Origin: Haliotis cracherodii
Lineage: Eukaryota
Assembly (NCBI RefSeq): GCF_022045235.1
Contig: NW_027266300.1
Location: 1,364,001-1,428,000 of the forward strand
DNA: 64,000 bases
Direction: 5' to 3'
The translations under genes and the position numbers were made by a program. Below the pieces are notes generated by a model. The model saw only the letters and a list, made by a program, of their open reading frames with translations. It searched no databases and was not told where the DNA came from. Below, one piece after another: positions 49,676 to 63,072 of this stretch (position 1 is the stretch's first letter; the number at the start of each line of letters is the position of its first letter).

Positions 49676-51306
49676 TTTCTTCTCAAACATGAAAAATATA
49701 TGACGACGCTGTGAATGATGCAATTGATACAGTATTTATACATATGTGTGTGATCACAAAATACATCTCATCAGTTAAACAGTTTCTCAGCTCAAACATC
49801 TCTAGTCTCCTTTCATAGGATTACATAAATTACATTTATTAACCTCAAAGGGCAAAGTATTCATTAAAACATATTAATTATTTGTTAGTAAAAGAACTTA
49901 CAGTGACTTTGATCATTTTATTACCCTCTTCTCACAAGATAACCAGCTCACAACAACTCACCCTTGATGACTTTAACATTGTTGTTGTAACAAAGACCTT
50001 AACTCAGAGTGTGGGCCATACCATTACAGCTGAAGGTGAGTGCTCTAATTACCCCTCTACTCAACTGTATGACGATTGGCAATAACAAGGTGTATGACAA
50101 ATGGCCTGTCTGATTGATGGGATTAGTCCCGATCCTACCCTGTTTGTTAAAAACCTCAAACACCCGATGAGGATATACTGAAAAGGCTTTGTTTTTCATT
50201 GGCTTTAATAGCCAATTCAATAAGGTGTAATGTATCACTACATCAAGGTACTTCATTTCGCACTTTGGAACCATTACCAGTAATAATATTTTCTGTACAT
50301 GTCTTAAAGACACATCTTTAATTGGGTCATTCTACAGGAAAAAAACAACACATTTTGTTATTTATTTTATAAAAACAAAACACTTAAGAAATATGTTCAT
50401 AATCCAATGTGTGACGTATTCACCATGGGCCGCCTCTTTATATTGAGTATATTATCAACTATATTTTCAAACTTCAAATACTGTAAATCTTGAAATTAAT
50501 GTGAGCTTAATTCAAATGCAAACTATGCAAGCTAGTGGTCTTTGCTCGCCTTGAATAAACATTACAGTTATATCTCAAAATGACAATCAATAAAAAGGCC
50601 CCTCACTTCACATTTTGGATGGCAGAAATACGAACTTGGACATAAAAACAAACAACTATGTATATTCCACATCATTGTATATTGAGCAGCAGTTGTAACA
50701 AGTATTTAACAATGTCATTCAAACACTAGAAATTACATATAAACATTCAGTGAATTGTCACTGCTGGGGTCAAGAGATCTACTCACTCATGTCGAACATT
50801 GGAGATGAAAATTTAACTTGAGTTGGTTCAATTATCTTATTTCCTTTGAACTTCCATAATACCAGTCAACAGAATAAACACATACTTTATCTACTGTTTT
50901 TAGGAAAGCACTACGTATTGATTTTGCCGTAAGTACACAACTAATAATATTTACTGGTTGATTGGATTAAGGTTGGATTAAGGTAAGGAGTCACATTCAT
51001 ACTGAGTAACGTTTTTGGCTAGGGGCCAGCAGTATCATTCCATTGGATCGAGGTGCTTTCATTTCAAGATTTACAGTAGTCAGACTACAATGTACAGCAG
51101 AGGTAATTCTGAGATTAATTGTAATATTATGGTAATGACATTCGGTGTCGATTGTAACATGTAAATAAAGAAAGTTCAGTATTCTCATGAATACTGAGAT
51201 GAGAACTTATAAATTTCAGTTGTTTTCATGATCAAATAGTTCATTAACTTAGTTAAATCCAATACAGGTTTAAGATAAAACAATATATAATCATATATCT
51301 GAGTAG

Positions 51307-51729
51307 TAGGGCTGGTATGGGTAACTAGGGTACTCGGGTCGGGTGGGTACTGAATAGGACTCGGGTACCCACGGGACTACCCGGACCCGTGGTTAGTCAC
51401 AGGATAGATTGTTTAATGACAAAAATTATCTGAAACTATGGTTACACTACAAGTCACTAATGTTCCCATTTCTTTCTGACAAAGCGCCCATTCCTTCTGA
51501 CTTTTGTATGTTTGAATAAAGTTAAAACTTCATGCAGTTAACTTTAGTGTTTGCATGACCAGATTGTTTTACACGTGTATCTAAATACATTTTGCCAGGG
51601 CTATGGTCAAACTTTTCCAAATACGACACTTTGTACCCATCTCTTAATATCTACAGCGGATACCCGGGTAGGGTCAGATAATAGGGTGGTGGGTACCCGG
51701 GTAGTAAATTTGGACTCGTCCCAGCCGTA
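51307..51729. mobile_element. hAT-type MITE
   Basis: TAGGGCTGG...CCAGCCGTA termini; 8-bp TSD CTGAGTAG/ATGAGTAG; subterminal GGGTACCC repeats. Confidence 0.75.
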
Positions 51730-51990
51730 ATGAGTAGATCAGTTATGTTACCCATTAACTTCAAAACGTCTTGATCTCATGGACACAGAGGAATATCAAG
51801 TCTATTTGGCTTGGCCCATTACCACAACAGGTAAATCTCACATAGCTTGACAAGCCATCTCTACTCCACTGTCTAACAACTTGGGTATCTGACAAATGGG
51901 GCAGGACCAACGAAGAAGTAGATGCCAGCCTACCCAAGAACATGTCTCCATACCTACGTGATCAATTCAACTTAATCCACCAAAATAACA

Positions 51991-52156
51991 GTGAGTGAGT
52001 GAGTGGGGTTTTACGCCGCTTTTAGAAATATTCAAGCAATATCACGGCGAGGGACACCAGAAATTGGCTTCACACATTGTACCCATGTCGGGAATCGTAC
52101 CCGGGTCTTCAGCGTGATGAGTGAACGCTTTAACCACTAGGCTACCCGACCGCCCC
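51991..52156 (-). mobile_element. SINE family D
   Basis: Perfect 14-bp TSD CCACCAAAATAACA. Confidence 0.9.
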
Positions 52157-52390
52157 CCACCAAAATAACAAGATACTAAGTATCTATAAACATGATAGTA
52201 TTAAAAAACCACCAAAGTGTGCTAGAAAATATGCCAGCACACACAGGAAAGCTGTGAGGTTTTCCGCCTTGTTCATGCACAAGAAAATTGGGCAGTAGAA
52301 GATGATTATCCATACGACTATGGATAGCTGAGAGTGAAGACGACTGTTAAAACTCGGAAGATATTTTTGTGTGACGACAGCCAAAATACA

Positions 52391-53157
52391 AGAATGTCTG
52401 TATGAGTGAGTAGAAAGTCTGTATGAGGAGCAGACTGTCTATTTGAGTGCGGTAGTAGAATTTCTGTATGAGTGAGGAAGTAGAATGTCTGTATGAGTGA
52501 GTAGAATGTCTGTATGAGTGAGGAGGTAGAATGTCTGTATGAGTGAGGAGGTAGAATGTCTGTATGAGTGAGGAGGAATAAGAATGTCTGTATGAGTGAG
52601 GAAGTAGAATGTCTGTATGCGTGAATAGAGTCTGTATGAGTGAGGAAGTAGAATGTCTGTATGCGTGAGGAGTTAGAATGTCTGTATGAGAGAGTAGAAT
52701 GTCGGTATGAGTGAGTTAGCAGAATGTCTGTATGAGTGAGTAGAATGTCTGTATGAGTGAGTAGTAGAATGTCTGTATAAGTGAGGAAGTCGAATGTCTG
52801 AGTGAATAGAATGTCTGTATGAGTGTGTAGAATGTCTGTATGAGAGAGTAGAATGTCGGTATGAGTGAGGAGGAATAAGAATGTCTGTATGAGTGAGGAA
52901 GTAGAATGTCTGTATGCGTGAGTAGAATGTCGGTATGAGTGAGTTAGCAGAATATCGGTATGAGTGAGTAGAATGTCTGTATGAGTGAGTTAACAGACTG
53001 TCTGTATGAGTGAGTAGAATGTCTGTATGCGTGAGCAGGTAGAATGTCTGTATGAGTGAGTAGAATGTCTGTATGAGTGAGTTAGCAGACTGTCTGTATG
53101 AGTGAGGAAGTAGAATGTCTGTATGAGTGAGGAGGTAGAATGTCTGTATGAGTGAGT
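52391..53157. repeat. ~21-28-bp variable minisatellite AGAATGTCTGTATGAGTGAG(GA)(GT)
   Basis: Seen directly. Confidence 0.93.
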
Positions 53158-53552
53158 GCTATTCATATTCATCAATGTAAAGTTTTGATGAATATGTTAT
53201 CCTTGTTGAATAGAAAATGAGAAAACAAGACTTGTTTTGTTATATACGGTAACCTGTTAGAATCACAAAGCATGTTTTGACAGCATAGCCGCGAGAGCCA
53301 CATTATACAATCACGCAACCATAACCATTGCCGCGAGAGCCACATCAATTTGGGCTATCTATTTTCGAAATGTGGCTTTGCCGGCCTGTAACCCATAAAA
53401 TAACTCCCATTTTGAACAGAATAACAAATATTTTCACAACTTTTCCTCCCAAGGATACATAGTTTTGAATCCGAGTTATCTCCTTTCACAATGAAAACAT
53501 ACACGGCACCAGAACAGGATTGTGCAAGAACACAATGCCAGTCAAAGACTTA

Positions 53553-53737
53553 TAGTGTATTTTCTTGAATACAGTGCACACCCAAGTATAATGCACACCC
53601 CCCTCTAGCCTCCTAGCGGATTCAGTATTTTGGAGAAAAAAAAAATTAAACTCATTATGGCGTGTGTAATGCGCACCCCCTTCTACACAGCTGTGTTTTG
53701 GAAAAAACGTGCGCACTATACACAAGAAAATATGGTA
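53553..53737. mobile_element. Tc1/pogo-type MITE
   Basis: Imperfect TIRs TAGTGTATTTTCTTGAATACAGTGCACAC / GTGCGCACTATACACAAGAAAATATGGTA. Confidence 0.6.
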
Positions 53738-55809
53738 AAATGAAAAGTGTCACATTATTTCACAGAATCATTAATAAAATATGGATTAATATTTACTAAC
53801 AACATTCTCACTCTATGTTGTGTTGGATTTCATTACACAATAAATGAAACAATTCTACCTATTGTGTTAATTATCACAAAACTAAGTAATTATTATTCAA
53901 GCTTGAGCTTAATGGGGCTTAGAGAAAACACGATGCAAACGCCTGTGGATACAGGTTCTACAACAACAAATCAGAATCAGTTGTTCGACAAGCAGTTTTG
54001 TGGAGGTTTTTAGTGGGTCGAATGTATTGGTTGCATGCCCTGAATGTGAACGTTGCTTCGTCTTGTGGTTGAAGAGGCAACAGTCCCTCAGGGTGGCTCT
54101 GTCCATCAAGTCACGGCCCGCTGCCTTATAAAGAGTATGATAGTGTTCCACATTACGATATTATCTCCTGTTTTGTAAAATGCTTGATATCTTTCTTTCC
54201 CCTTTGAATCCATAAATTATTGCCAAAAACTGTTAATTGTGAACAAAAATAACCACTATCGTGTCGGGTTAACAATGTTTAGATGGAATTTTTAATTTCT
54301 ATCCGTCAAACTGACAAATAACTGAAATTGGCATGTATTGCCACCGAAAAACATTTAAACAAAACATATTTGTGAGTTCCTGAGAGTATTTCAAAGTCTT
54401 AACTAAATGAATCAATAGATATTAGTGTAATTTTTTGGTTTCAACGAGCTTCCTTCTACTTGAGGGGTCATTTCCCTTCCTTGGCTTTGACAGCAGATAT
54501 GGCTCACATGGTCAGTGTTTGAGATTGCTGACCACAATCAACCTCCTTACTTCCTACTTTTTGGTAAAGTTCATTACCTAGCCTCACATGTATGAGAACT
54601 TTAAAGCTGCTTAATGTGTCCCTGGCCAAATTCTGGCCTGAATTTCATGCTTTCTGTCCACATTTGAATAATGTGTCAGATTCCTTTCAACGTATACTTA
54701 TGTCATCAGGTTATAACATAGGTGCTTGTTGGAGGCAATAGAAGCCCAAACATTTGTGTTTGTAAGTTGGAGGAATATCTCACGATCACATCATGTTATG
54801 AATGTCAGAACAATATTCCATGAATGTAGAAAGCTCTGCAATGAACTGATTATACCATGAAGGCAAACAACTGACCATTAATGTGGAGTAAAGCCCGAAG
54901 TGATGCAGGTCTCAGACGTTTACCACTTCGGTGAAACCCACAAGCATGGGTATGGTGTTGACCAACCTAGAAACATAATCGGGGCGAACCGGGATTGTAT
55001 GATTGTAATAACTATTTTTTTAGTACAGGAACACATTTTGTAATACATTGCTGAAATAAACATAATTTTAACTCTTTTGTTTTGTGGTATTTATGTTAGA
55101 TAGGAAAGTTATTGAAGATATATCCATTTTCATTCTTGTCTGAGAAACTACATGTAAATACAATACATAAATTACAGATTTGCCTTGTGCAGACTTTTCT
55201 TATTTGTCTATAGGTTCTGCTACACAAAATCAGATTCAGCAATTATGACATACTATCACGACCCTACTTTTGATATTTATAATCCATGCATCCATCCACA
55301 TGATTCCCTGTTTGTATGCTAATTAACAGATTAAGCAAAGTTAAACATCTTTGATAAAACACAAGTTTGTTGGTTTTGTCTACATATGTCAGTGCTAGCT
55401 GGAATACATTAAATTTACACCCCAGGGGAATGTCCAACAAAGTTGTATTTATAGACAGCTAACAAAAGCCATCATTTGGTACACAACCAAACTCAGCGGA
55501 CCTTAACTGTGTACTTTGGACATGGGCCATGGGCCATGGGCCATGAATCCCATGATGAATATGAATGACCTGAGCAGATTCACCCATCTCTCTAGTTACA
55601 AGTTCACTTTACTAATTTTTATATTTTAGTACAACATAGTCTTTTTTCATTGAAAGTGTGAAATTTCTGTATATTCATCGAAAGTGTAAAATTTCCGTAT
55701 ATTTCTGTTGTCTGTATTGAAGAATGAGCTATCTCGGTCTGTCACAAACAAATGTGTAAATATTACAAATACATGTAGACTGAAATGTCCGCAACACAAT
55801 AACTCTCCC

Positions 55810-55862
55810 TCACACTCACACTCACACTCACACTCACGCTCACACTCACACACTCACACACT
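55810..55862. repeat. (CACACT)n microsatellite
   Basis: Seen directly. Confidence 0.9.
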
Positions 55863-56159
55863 GAACTAATTGCTGCAAGAAAGGTACTATATATACTGAA
55901 CCCTTGAGATTCTTTGTACTATGAAGGTGGCACAGAAATTCTGCTACTTGTGGGAATGTGGACATGGCTGCTTAAACTCTTCATAGGTCGCAAAATGGTC
56001 AAAGCTCTTCCATTTATAATCATTATATCCGCTTTTGGTGATTTGTGATGTTTTTGTGATGCATTTAACATTCTTCTTTCAATTCTTAGTGGAAACGTGC
56101 CTAAACAAGCGTTTAAAGCTTCTAAAAAAAACTAATCACTCAAACTAGTAGTGCCTTAC

Positions 56160-56263
56160 CTAGAGTGCTCACAGCAACCCTCAAGTGCCACAGCGGCGAC
56201 TGCTCCAGGTGTGCCCTGTACTCTGTTGTGTGTCGTGGTGTGGCAGTGGTCCATGTTCCTTGG
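56160..56263 (-). other. Candidate 104-nt spliced exon, probably 5' UTR or non-coding
   Basis: ctttgttgcag|CCAAGG...CTCTAG|gtaagg; GC-richer than its flanks. Confidence 0.4.
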
Positions 56264-56371
56264 CTGCAACAAAGTTGTAAATTTTACAATAAATTGTATA
56301 TTCATAATACTTATCCTATCTCACACTAGGCATTTCTCATTCTTCTTTCAATCCTTAGTGGAAAGGTGCTT

Positions 56372-56902
56372 AAACAAAGGCCTCTGTGTGTCTGGTCATT
56401 AGTCTAAACAAAGGCCTCTATGTGTCTGGTCATTAGTCTAAACAAAGGCCTCTATGTGTCTGGTCATTAGTCTAAACAAAGGCCTCTGTGTCTGGTCATT
56501 AGTCTCAACAAAGGTCTCTATGTGTCTGGTCATTAGTCTCAACAAAGGTCTCTATGTGTCTGGTCATTAGTCTAAACAAAGGCCTCTGTGTCTGGTCATT
56601 AGTCTAAAAAAGGCCTCTATGTGTCGTGTCAATGTGTCTGGTCATTAGTCTCAACAAAGGTCTCTATGTGTCTGGTCATTAGTCTAAACAAAGGCCTCTG
56701 TGTCTGGTCATTAGTCTAAACAAAGGCCTCTGTGTCTGGTCATTAGTCTCAACAAAGGCCTCTATGTGTCTGGTCATTAGTCTAAAAAAGGCCTCTATGT
56801 GTCGTGTCAATGTGTCTGGTCATTAGTCTCAACAAAGGCCTCTATGTGTCTGGTCATTAGTCTAAACAAAGGCCTCTGTGTGTCTGGTCATTAGTCTAAA
56901 CA
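56372..56902. repeat. ~34-bp minisatellite TGTGTCTGGTCATTAGTCTAAACAAAGGCCTCTA
   Basis: Seen directly, ~15 units. Confidence 0.95.
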
Positions 56903-57673
56903 GACCATTCCAATATTTTTGAATCCCCATGTCTATTTTGATAATGACACTGTACATGAAACAAGTATATGCCCATCATATTCCATGTGTTTGTCAGGTC
57001 TATCTGAGTGATAATACATTCACCCCTTGCTTTAAATGATAAACATTGCTGTTTAAAACTGTTATTTCCAAGTAAGTCATTGCAATTTTAACAGAATTTT
57101 TAACTCTGGGGATGGCTCTCATGGCATCCACTGTGAATAAAAGTGAATAAGCGCCCCCCACCCCCCCACCCCCCACTTTTCCCTGATGCCCAAGTAAGGT
57201 TTACTCACCTGTTTTTTACATACAGTCAAGAATCTTTTGTAGTCGATTAATGAGGAGATGTTCACCAGTAAAACGTAAGTAACAGTTTATCTCTAGCCCC
57301 CCAGCAACAAAAGAATATTGATTGGCTTACTGATGAATTTACGCCAATTTGACTCTGAATTGGTACCAAAAAGAGCCTACCCATTCTGTCTTTATTTATA
57401 TGGGCGCATATTGGGTCGAATACAGGGTAGTTCAAATTTAATGTTGCGTCGGTTTTGTTTCAGCTATAGAGCAATATTCCCTAAAAACGTTCAAATAAAA
57501 GTAACTACGAATGTGTGTGGGAAGAAGACGTGTGACATTCAAGTACTTCTGGAAAGAGCTGTCCAGCTGCATGGTGATCGTAGACAGTAATCCAACTTGC
57601 CGTTACCTATTTCAATATATTTGCTACATGTAATTAGTTTTTTCAATGGCAGCTGACTAATGGAAATACTTAC

Positions 57674-57881
57674 CTTGTAGATATTGCTGTCACTGTGCAG
57701 CCACAGCTGTGAACAGACGCTGACCACTTCACTTCCGGTGTCGGCAAGTGCTCTTGGCGCCTCCTATTGCGGCACGAGCAGTGAAGAGTTTTTCCGTGTC
57801 TCATTCAGCCACGGTCGAGTATCTCGCCAACTGCATGCCCAACTACTCTTTCTAAAACTTGATAAAGATTAAGAGAAGAAG
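57674..57881. promoter_or_regulatory. Putative bidirectional promoter with divergent first exons
   Basis: ETS-type CACTTCCGGT at 57730-57739 in a small CpG-rich patch; minus donor AAG|GTAAGT at 57674; plus donor AAG|GTATGT at 57881. Confidence 0.4.
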
Positions 57882-59779
57882 GTATGTACATGAACTGTAA
57901 CAATCAACTGAATGAAAAAAATGATTCTATGCACGTAGCGTTGTTATTCACAGGAGTAAAGTGACATTATTGTTAAAGTCTCCTTGTCTGTGGTTAATTC
58001 TATTTCACTTCTGTATTAATTAAAATTACATACTGCCACTCTTTGAATGTTGTCTGTAATGGTTACAGTTAAAACGGCACCTCAGCTAAACCTCACCAAG
58101 CGAAAACGGCTACTTTATTGCACCTTATTTTTATTTTTTTACCTTGGTACTGAAAAAATGAAATTAAACTTACATGGTCACTTGCAAACACAAATAATTG
58201 TGAAATGTTAACATAAGACAAGACCACTACAGTGAGGGGGTTTAACGCCGCTTTTAACAGTATTCCAGTTATATCACGGCGTGTCAGCTTAATGTGGGAG
58301 GAAAGCCCGAAGTGATGCACGGGTATGGTGCTGACAAACCGAGAAACATAATGGGGGCAAACCGCCAACCACTCCAGACAAGGCTGATTCAGGAGGGCTG
58401 ACTCAGGGCCGATGTGAGGAAGTCCTCCACATCTCTTCAGGATGACATCTTCCACGTGTGGCAGAGATATAAAGATGGATGCCTCTCCCGGACTCGGTTG
58501 CTGACACAATGCTCTGTGGACCTTTGAAAGATTCAAGATGACAATATTCTACTGTGAACAACTGTGGAAGACAAGACAATGTACATGAAGCATATATACT
58601 ACCACATAAATCATTCTTGAAAATAAAGGTGCTGTTTTTGCCCGATAAATAGCAGCCATTTTCACCAAACGAAGTGTCATTTTCGCCCGAGAATCAGTGA
58701 GGTTTTGCTGAGGTGCTGTTTTAGCCTACACCCCTGAACATCACTTGCTTGATAATGGTCTTAGAATTTACACTGAAATGTCGCTCCTAATTGTAATAAA
58801 AAAGTTGTTCATCCATACATCTTATCCTTACTTAGTACTCCAACTAGATGCCTCTAAAAGAAGTAACACTTTGTATGTTGGCTTCAGTGAATATGTGATA
58901 TCTTCTATATTGAAACCTGTCACCTCTACAATGTTGGAGCGCGCTTGGAGACATAATTAAACATGCACGTCGTCATGATGTTTATTAACTTGCTAAGTAA
59001 CTAATATACCAAAATGTATGGATGGTACAGATTGACGAAGAATCGTGTGTAATACATGAATACGGACAATTAAGATCGGTAGTATCATGATATAACATTT
59101 ATACTAAGTTTTCATATCATAATTAGATCCACAGCAAGGGCTCTTATAAGTTATCATTTTGCAACATTGACACTTAATTTTATATAATTATAATTAAGTA
59201 GTACATGTTTATCAAGGAAAAATGGAGATACAAAATATTAGTAGGTTCAGGTATAGCTTTTCAGACAGATGCTAGCCTAACATGCCTAAGGTAACAAGGA
59301 CACATCTCCCAGACATAATATCCAACAAGACAAAAGATATGTGTACAAAGATTGCCTTGAACTAAGTAAATCACCTACATCATGCATATTAGAATAACAT
59401 TCAACAAATACTTCCATTTTTCATTAAGTAAGTCCCCTCTGTCTAACCATTCATTAATCATTGGGCACACTCCATTGTAAATCAACCAATCATATTCCTT
59501 TTTATTGTTCTAACTTCTAACAAATAATGCTGTGAGTAAATCTAGTATCACTATCACCCATGTTTTGTTCTACTATTGGGCCCCCAGGTAACCCCTTGAG
59601 AATTCAGGAGGGGGCTCTTCCATACCCACATCACCTGATTGATGAAGCCAGTCTAGCACAGAGCACCTAACTACTTGTTTGTCTCCTACTGGTAAATTAG
59701 GTGAAGTGGGCGAATACCGGTGAGTAGAGGGGTAGGTCCTGCACAATGGTTCAGCAAAGTGACTCTCAGCAATTGTTAA

Positions 59780-60330
59780 AACAAGTTTAAACTACAAAGT
59801 TATTAATCTGTGTTTAGTGGTGCCTATACCAGACGTTTGAACTGTAAATTATCCTTGTCTCCAACAGATATTCATGGGAATGAAACAGCAGACAGACTGG
59901 CAAAGCTAGCTCTGGACAAAGCGGAGATACACCCTATTGCTTTCAGCTAACTGGAGGAAATGCAAAATCAAAGCAGAAATGACAGACAAGCCCAATAGGA
60001 TGCAAGTGAAGGTTGCAGATGGCTTTACAAAATACAAAATTGAAACCTAAATTGGAAAAAAAGCCATACCCCTACTCATCTGTAAAGATGGTCAGCTCCT
60101 CAACCGTATCTTTACAGAGCAGCCAAAGTAATTACATCCATTTTTAAACAGACAAATTTGTATCAGTTAGAAAAAAGAAACCATATCAAAATAAAAGCAG
60201 AAAGATGGTCTAAGAGTAACAAACTGTTCAACTGTTCAACCACACGAAACATGCATATTCTGTATGAACAATTATATTATATTTTGTCAACATAATTATG
60301 ATCTCAGAAGGGCATTACTGCCATCAATCA
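59780..60330 (+). mobile_element. Decayed LINE RNase H fragment
   Basis: IHGNETADRLAKLAL at ~59868-59912. Confidence 0.55.
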
Positions 60331-61514
60331 TCTAGACTGGGACTTGACTTTCAGTGCATGTCTTTATTTATTGTGATTATTTATTCTGAACTTTATTTTG
60401 TCATGGTCACTGAACAAAAGCCTTGTGGGGGCACCTCTATTGTGCTGACATGTCTTGTGTGAGAGGTTAACATGCACATTATATACAGATGATGTGAAAA
60501 CCTGTCATTTTACTTTCTTTATTATGCCTGTTTGGCATTATTTTTTTTAACATTTGAAAATCTATACTGCCTCAACATTTCATACAACACAAGTGCATTT
60601 GTTTTCCAACCACTATGTGCTTATTACTCCGCTCAATGGATCAGTGTGCACTTAACAATCATTCTTAGCTCCCTGGGGAGTATACAACCCAAACTGCCTT
60701 GACGTACTAGAAGGTAAAAAGTCACATTGACATCTCATCCTACCGGGTACCCATTCACAGCCTAGCTGCTGAACAAAGTCGGTCCAACTACTCCCCACGA
60801 CCAGTGTTGCTCAACTTGACATGATTTGTGACCTGTGCACTGTGCACAGGACCACATGCCACCAGCTCATGCATTCTGATACAGATATGATAAATGATCA
60901 ATAATTCTGATATTAAAAAAACTATCTTGACACCTACTTCGCATACTCTGAGTTTCATGTTTTTCTTTGTGGGTCAGTCAACTGCTTGGTGGTCAATCAG
61001 AGTGTAAGCCCAGGCGTCCTCTGGATTGGCTATTTTTAAATCTCTGTGTCCCACTTTCAAACCCATTTGTTTTCACCCTGCACTTTGCATCGATACTTGA
61101 CTGTGCACTGGACTGGAAGAAAGCATATACTTATATAAAGGTTAGTAGTTAAAGTTATAATTGTATTTTATGGCAGTATAATTATGCAAATCACTTTAGT
61201 TTAATAAATGTCTATGTAGATCCTTAATTATATTTAAACATGTCTTATTTACTAATATTAGTGTGTGCATGGTGAGTGTATGTATACTAGATATATTTCA
61301 TTTCACTATATGTGTGTCTGTGTTAAGGACATTTGTGATTTCAGTAACTTGCATTTTGTATTAATTTGATAATAGTTTACATGTAATATTCATGTGTGTA
61401 CATAAACATACCTTCATGATGTATTTTATATCATGAACAGGTTTTCACGAGGGTTTTGTCATATTTACGAGGGATTGTGACCACCCAAATACACCCCAGT
61501 GGGATTCACTGGAA

Positions 61515-61555
<41 letters not shown>

Positions 61556-62401
61556 CTTATATATTGCTTGCATCGTAACATAATATTATATTTATTGATT
61601 TATTGTACCATATTCATATTGAATGTGTAAATCCATTAACTTACATATCTAAGCATATAATCGTGAAATGTTATAAATGATATATCAAGTATAGCTATAA
61701 GTGTGGTAGATTATTATTTAATCTGCTTCGGTTTTGATGTACTGGATATAATTGTATGTTTATTATTGTATTGACTGTTCCAGGGTGTCGGTTTATCACG
61801 ACAGAAAATAAATGATCAGACCTCACACCCTAGCCTGTGTCATTATGTTATCTGGTATACATATGCACATATTTATGGCTACAACAGTTGTAACATACTT
61901 AAAGTTGTCAATACTGGGGCTTGATTGATATGTTGATGGGTAACACAACTGACATTGACATTGATTCAATAGTGGCAGGAAATATCAATATAGACTGATT
62001 ACCTTAGTATCCTTAAATGACTCGAATATTTGTAGCCAACTTTTAGTCTTCATCAAATTATTATTGAACCCACAAGGTTTACTCAGCATCCCCGAACATT
62101 TAACTAGTATTATACTCTTCAGGAGCTCTTGACCCTGTAACTGGCGACCATTGTCTCGTACATGTTAATCTGAGTAACTCTAAACCCGTTGACATAAGTT
62201 TTAAAAGAAAGATGTATTATTAGTTTGCTTGACAAGGTGAAATTAATGTGGTATTTGTGTAAGTATAACTGTATTCTCACCCTACTGAAGGTGCCAGATA
62301 CACTAACAATATCCTCAGCTACAATTGCCATAAGTCATTGGAGAGAACATTGTTTAAAGTAACATGCACTAGAACCTAAAGAGGTAACATAAGCTTCATG
62401 A

Positions 62402-62592
62402 AGTGAGTGAGTGAGTGAGTGAGTGAGTGAGTGAGTGAGTGAGTGAGTGCATGGTTTACTGTGACTTTTGACATTAACATTATGGCAGAGGACACCAGAA
62501 ATGGGCTTCACACATTTCACACATTATACTCATTTTGGGAATAGAACCTGTACCTGGCATGACAAGTGGACACTTTAACCCAGGGGCTACCA
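62402..62592 (-). mobile_element. Diverged SINE family D with (GAGT)n tail
   Basis: GGACACCAGAAATGGGCTTCACACATT core. Confidence 0.75.
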
Positions 62593-62849
62593 GGAGACAC
62601 TGAGGCTGACTACAACTATTTACATTATGAAGAGAACCACATCAGATCCAAGTTCAACTTGTAACTTTTTCAGTGACATAAACTGTTGGAGAAAACAAAG
62701 AGTGCACATGAAATCATATACCAAATGCAGCACCAGCGTATTGTTCTCCTCCATGACAGTTGCTGGGTTTTAATAAAACCAAATGAAAGGTACCCAGAAA
62801 GGCGTGCCTTGCTTTCTGTGACTATCCAATCATCCCAGTGTGCCTGCTG

Positions 62850-63072
62850 TATATCAGGTCCATAGAACCCATGTTGTCGGCCAACTGTAGCCAGGTGGTC
62901 GGGATGTGTGAGCTGGCTCACTGTGTGTCACTTTACCCATTACACAGTGCTGACCTATACTGCTGGATACATCTATTGGTCATTGATCTTATTCACAGAC
63001 CACCGTCACATAGCTGGAATATTGCTGAGAGCGGCGTTAAACAACAAACAAACAAACAAACAAACAAACAAA
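62850..63072 (+). mobile_element. Diverged SINE family A with (AAAC)n tail
   Basis: CAGACCACCGTCACATAGCTGGAATATTGCTGAGAGCGGCGTTAAACAAC tail. Confidence 0.7.

Noticed and set aside
53909-54170. 80-aa minus-strand ORF after a weak acceptor
   Set aside because: No recognisable domain, and every frame from the acceptor stops early; could at most be a non-coding exon
55543-55582. C box (ATGATGA) and D box (CTGA) with a short terminal stem, snoRNA-like
   Set aside because: Only ~11 nt between the boxes; too short for a C/D snoRNA and plausibly chance
60655-60870. Possible ancient SINE core (CTCCCTGGGGAGTATACAACC...GGGTACCCATTCACAG)
   Set aside because: Single copy in the window with no clear head, tail or TSD, so it cannot be supported
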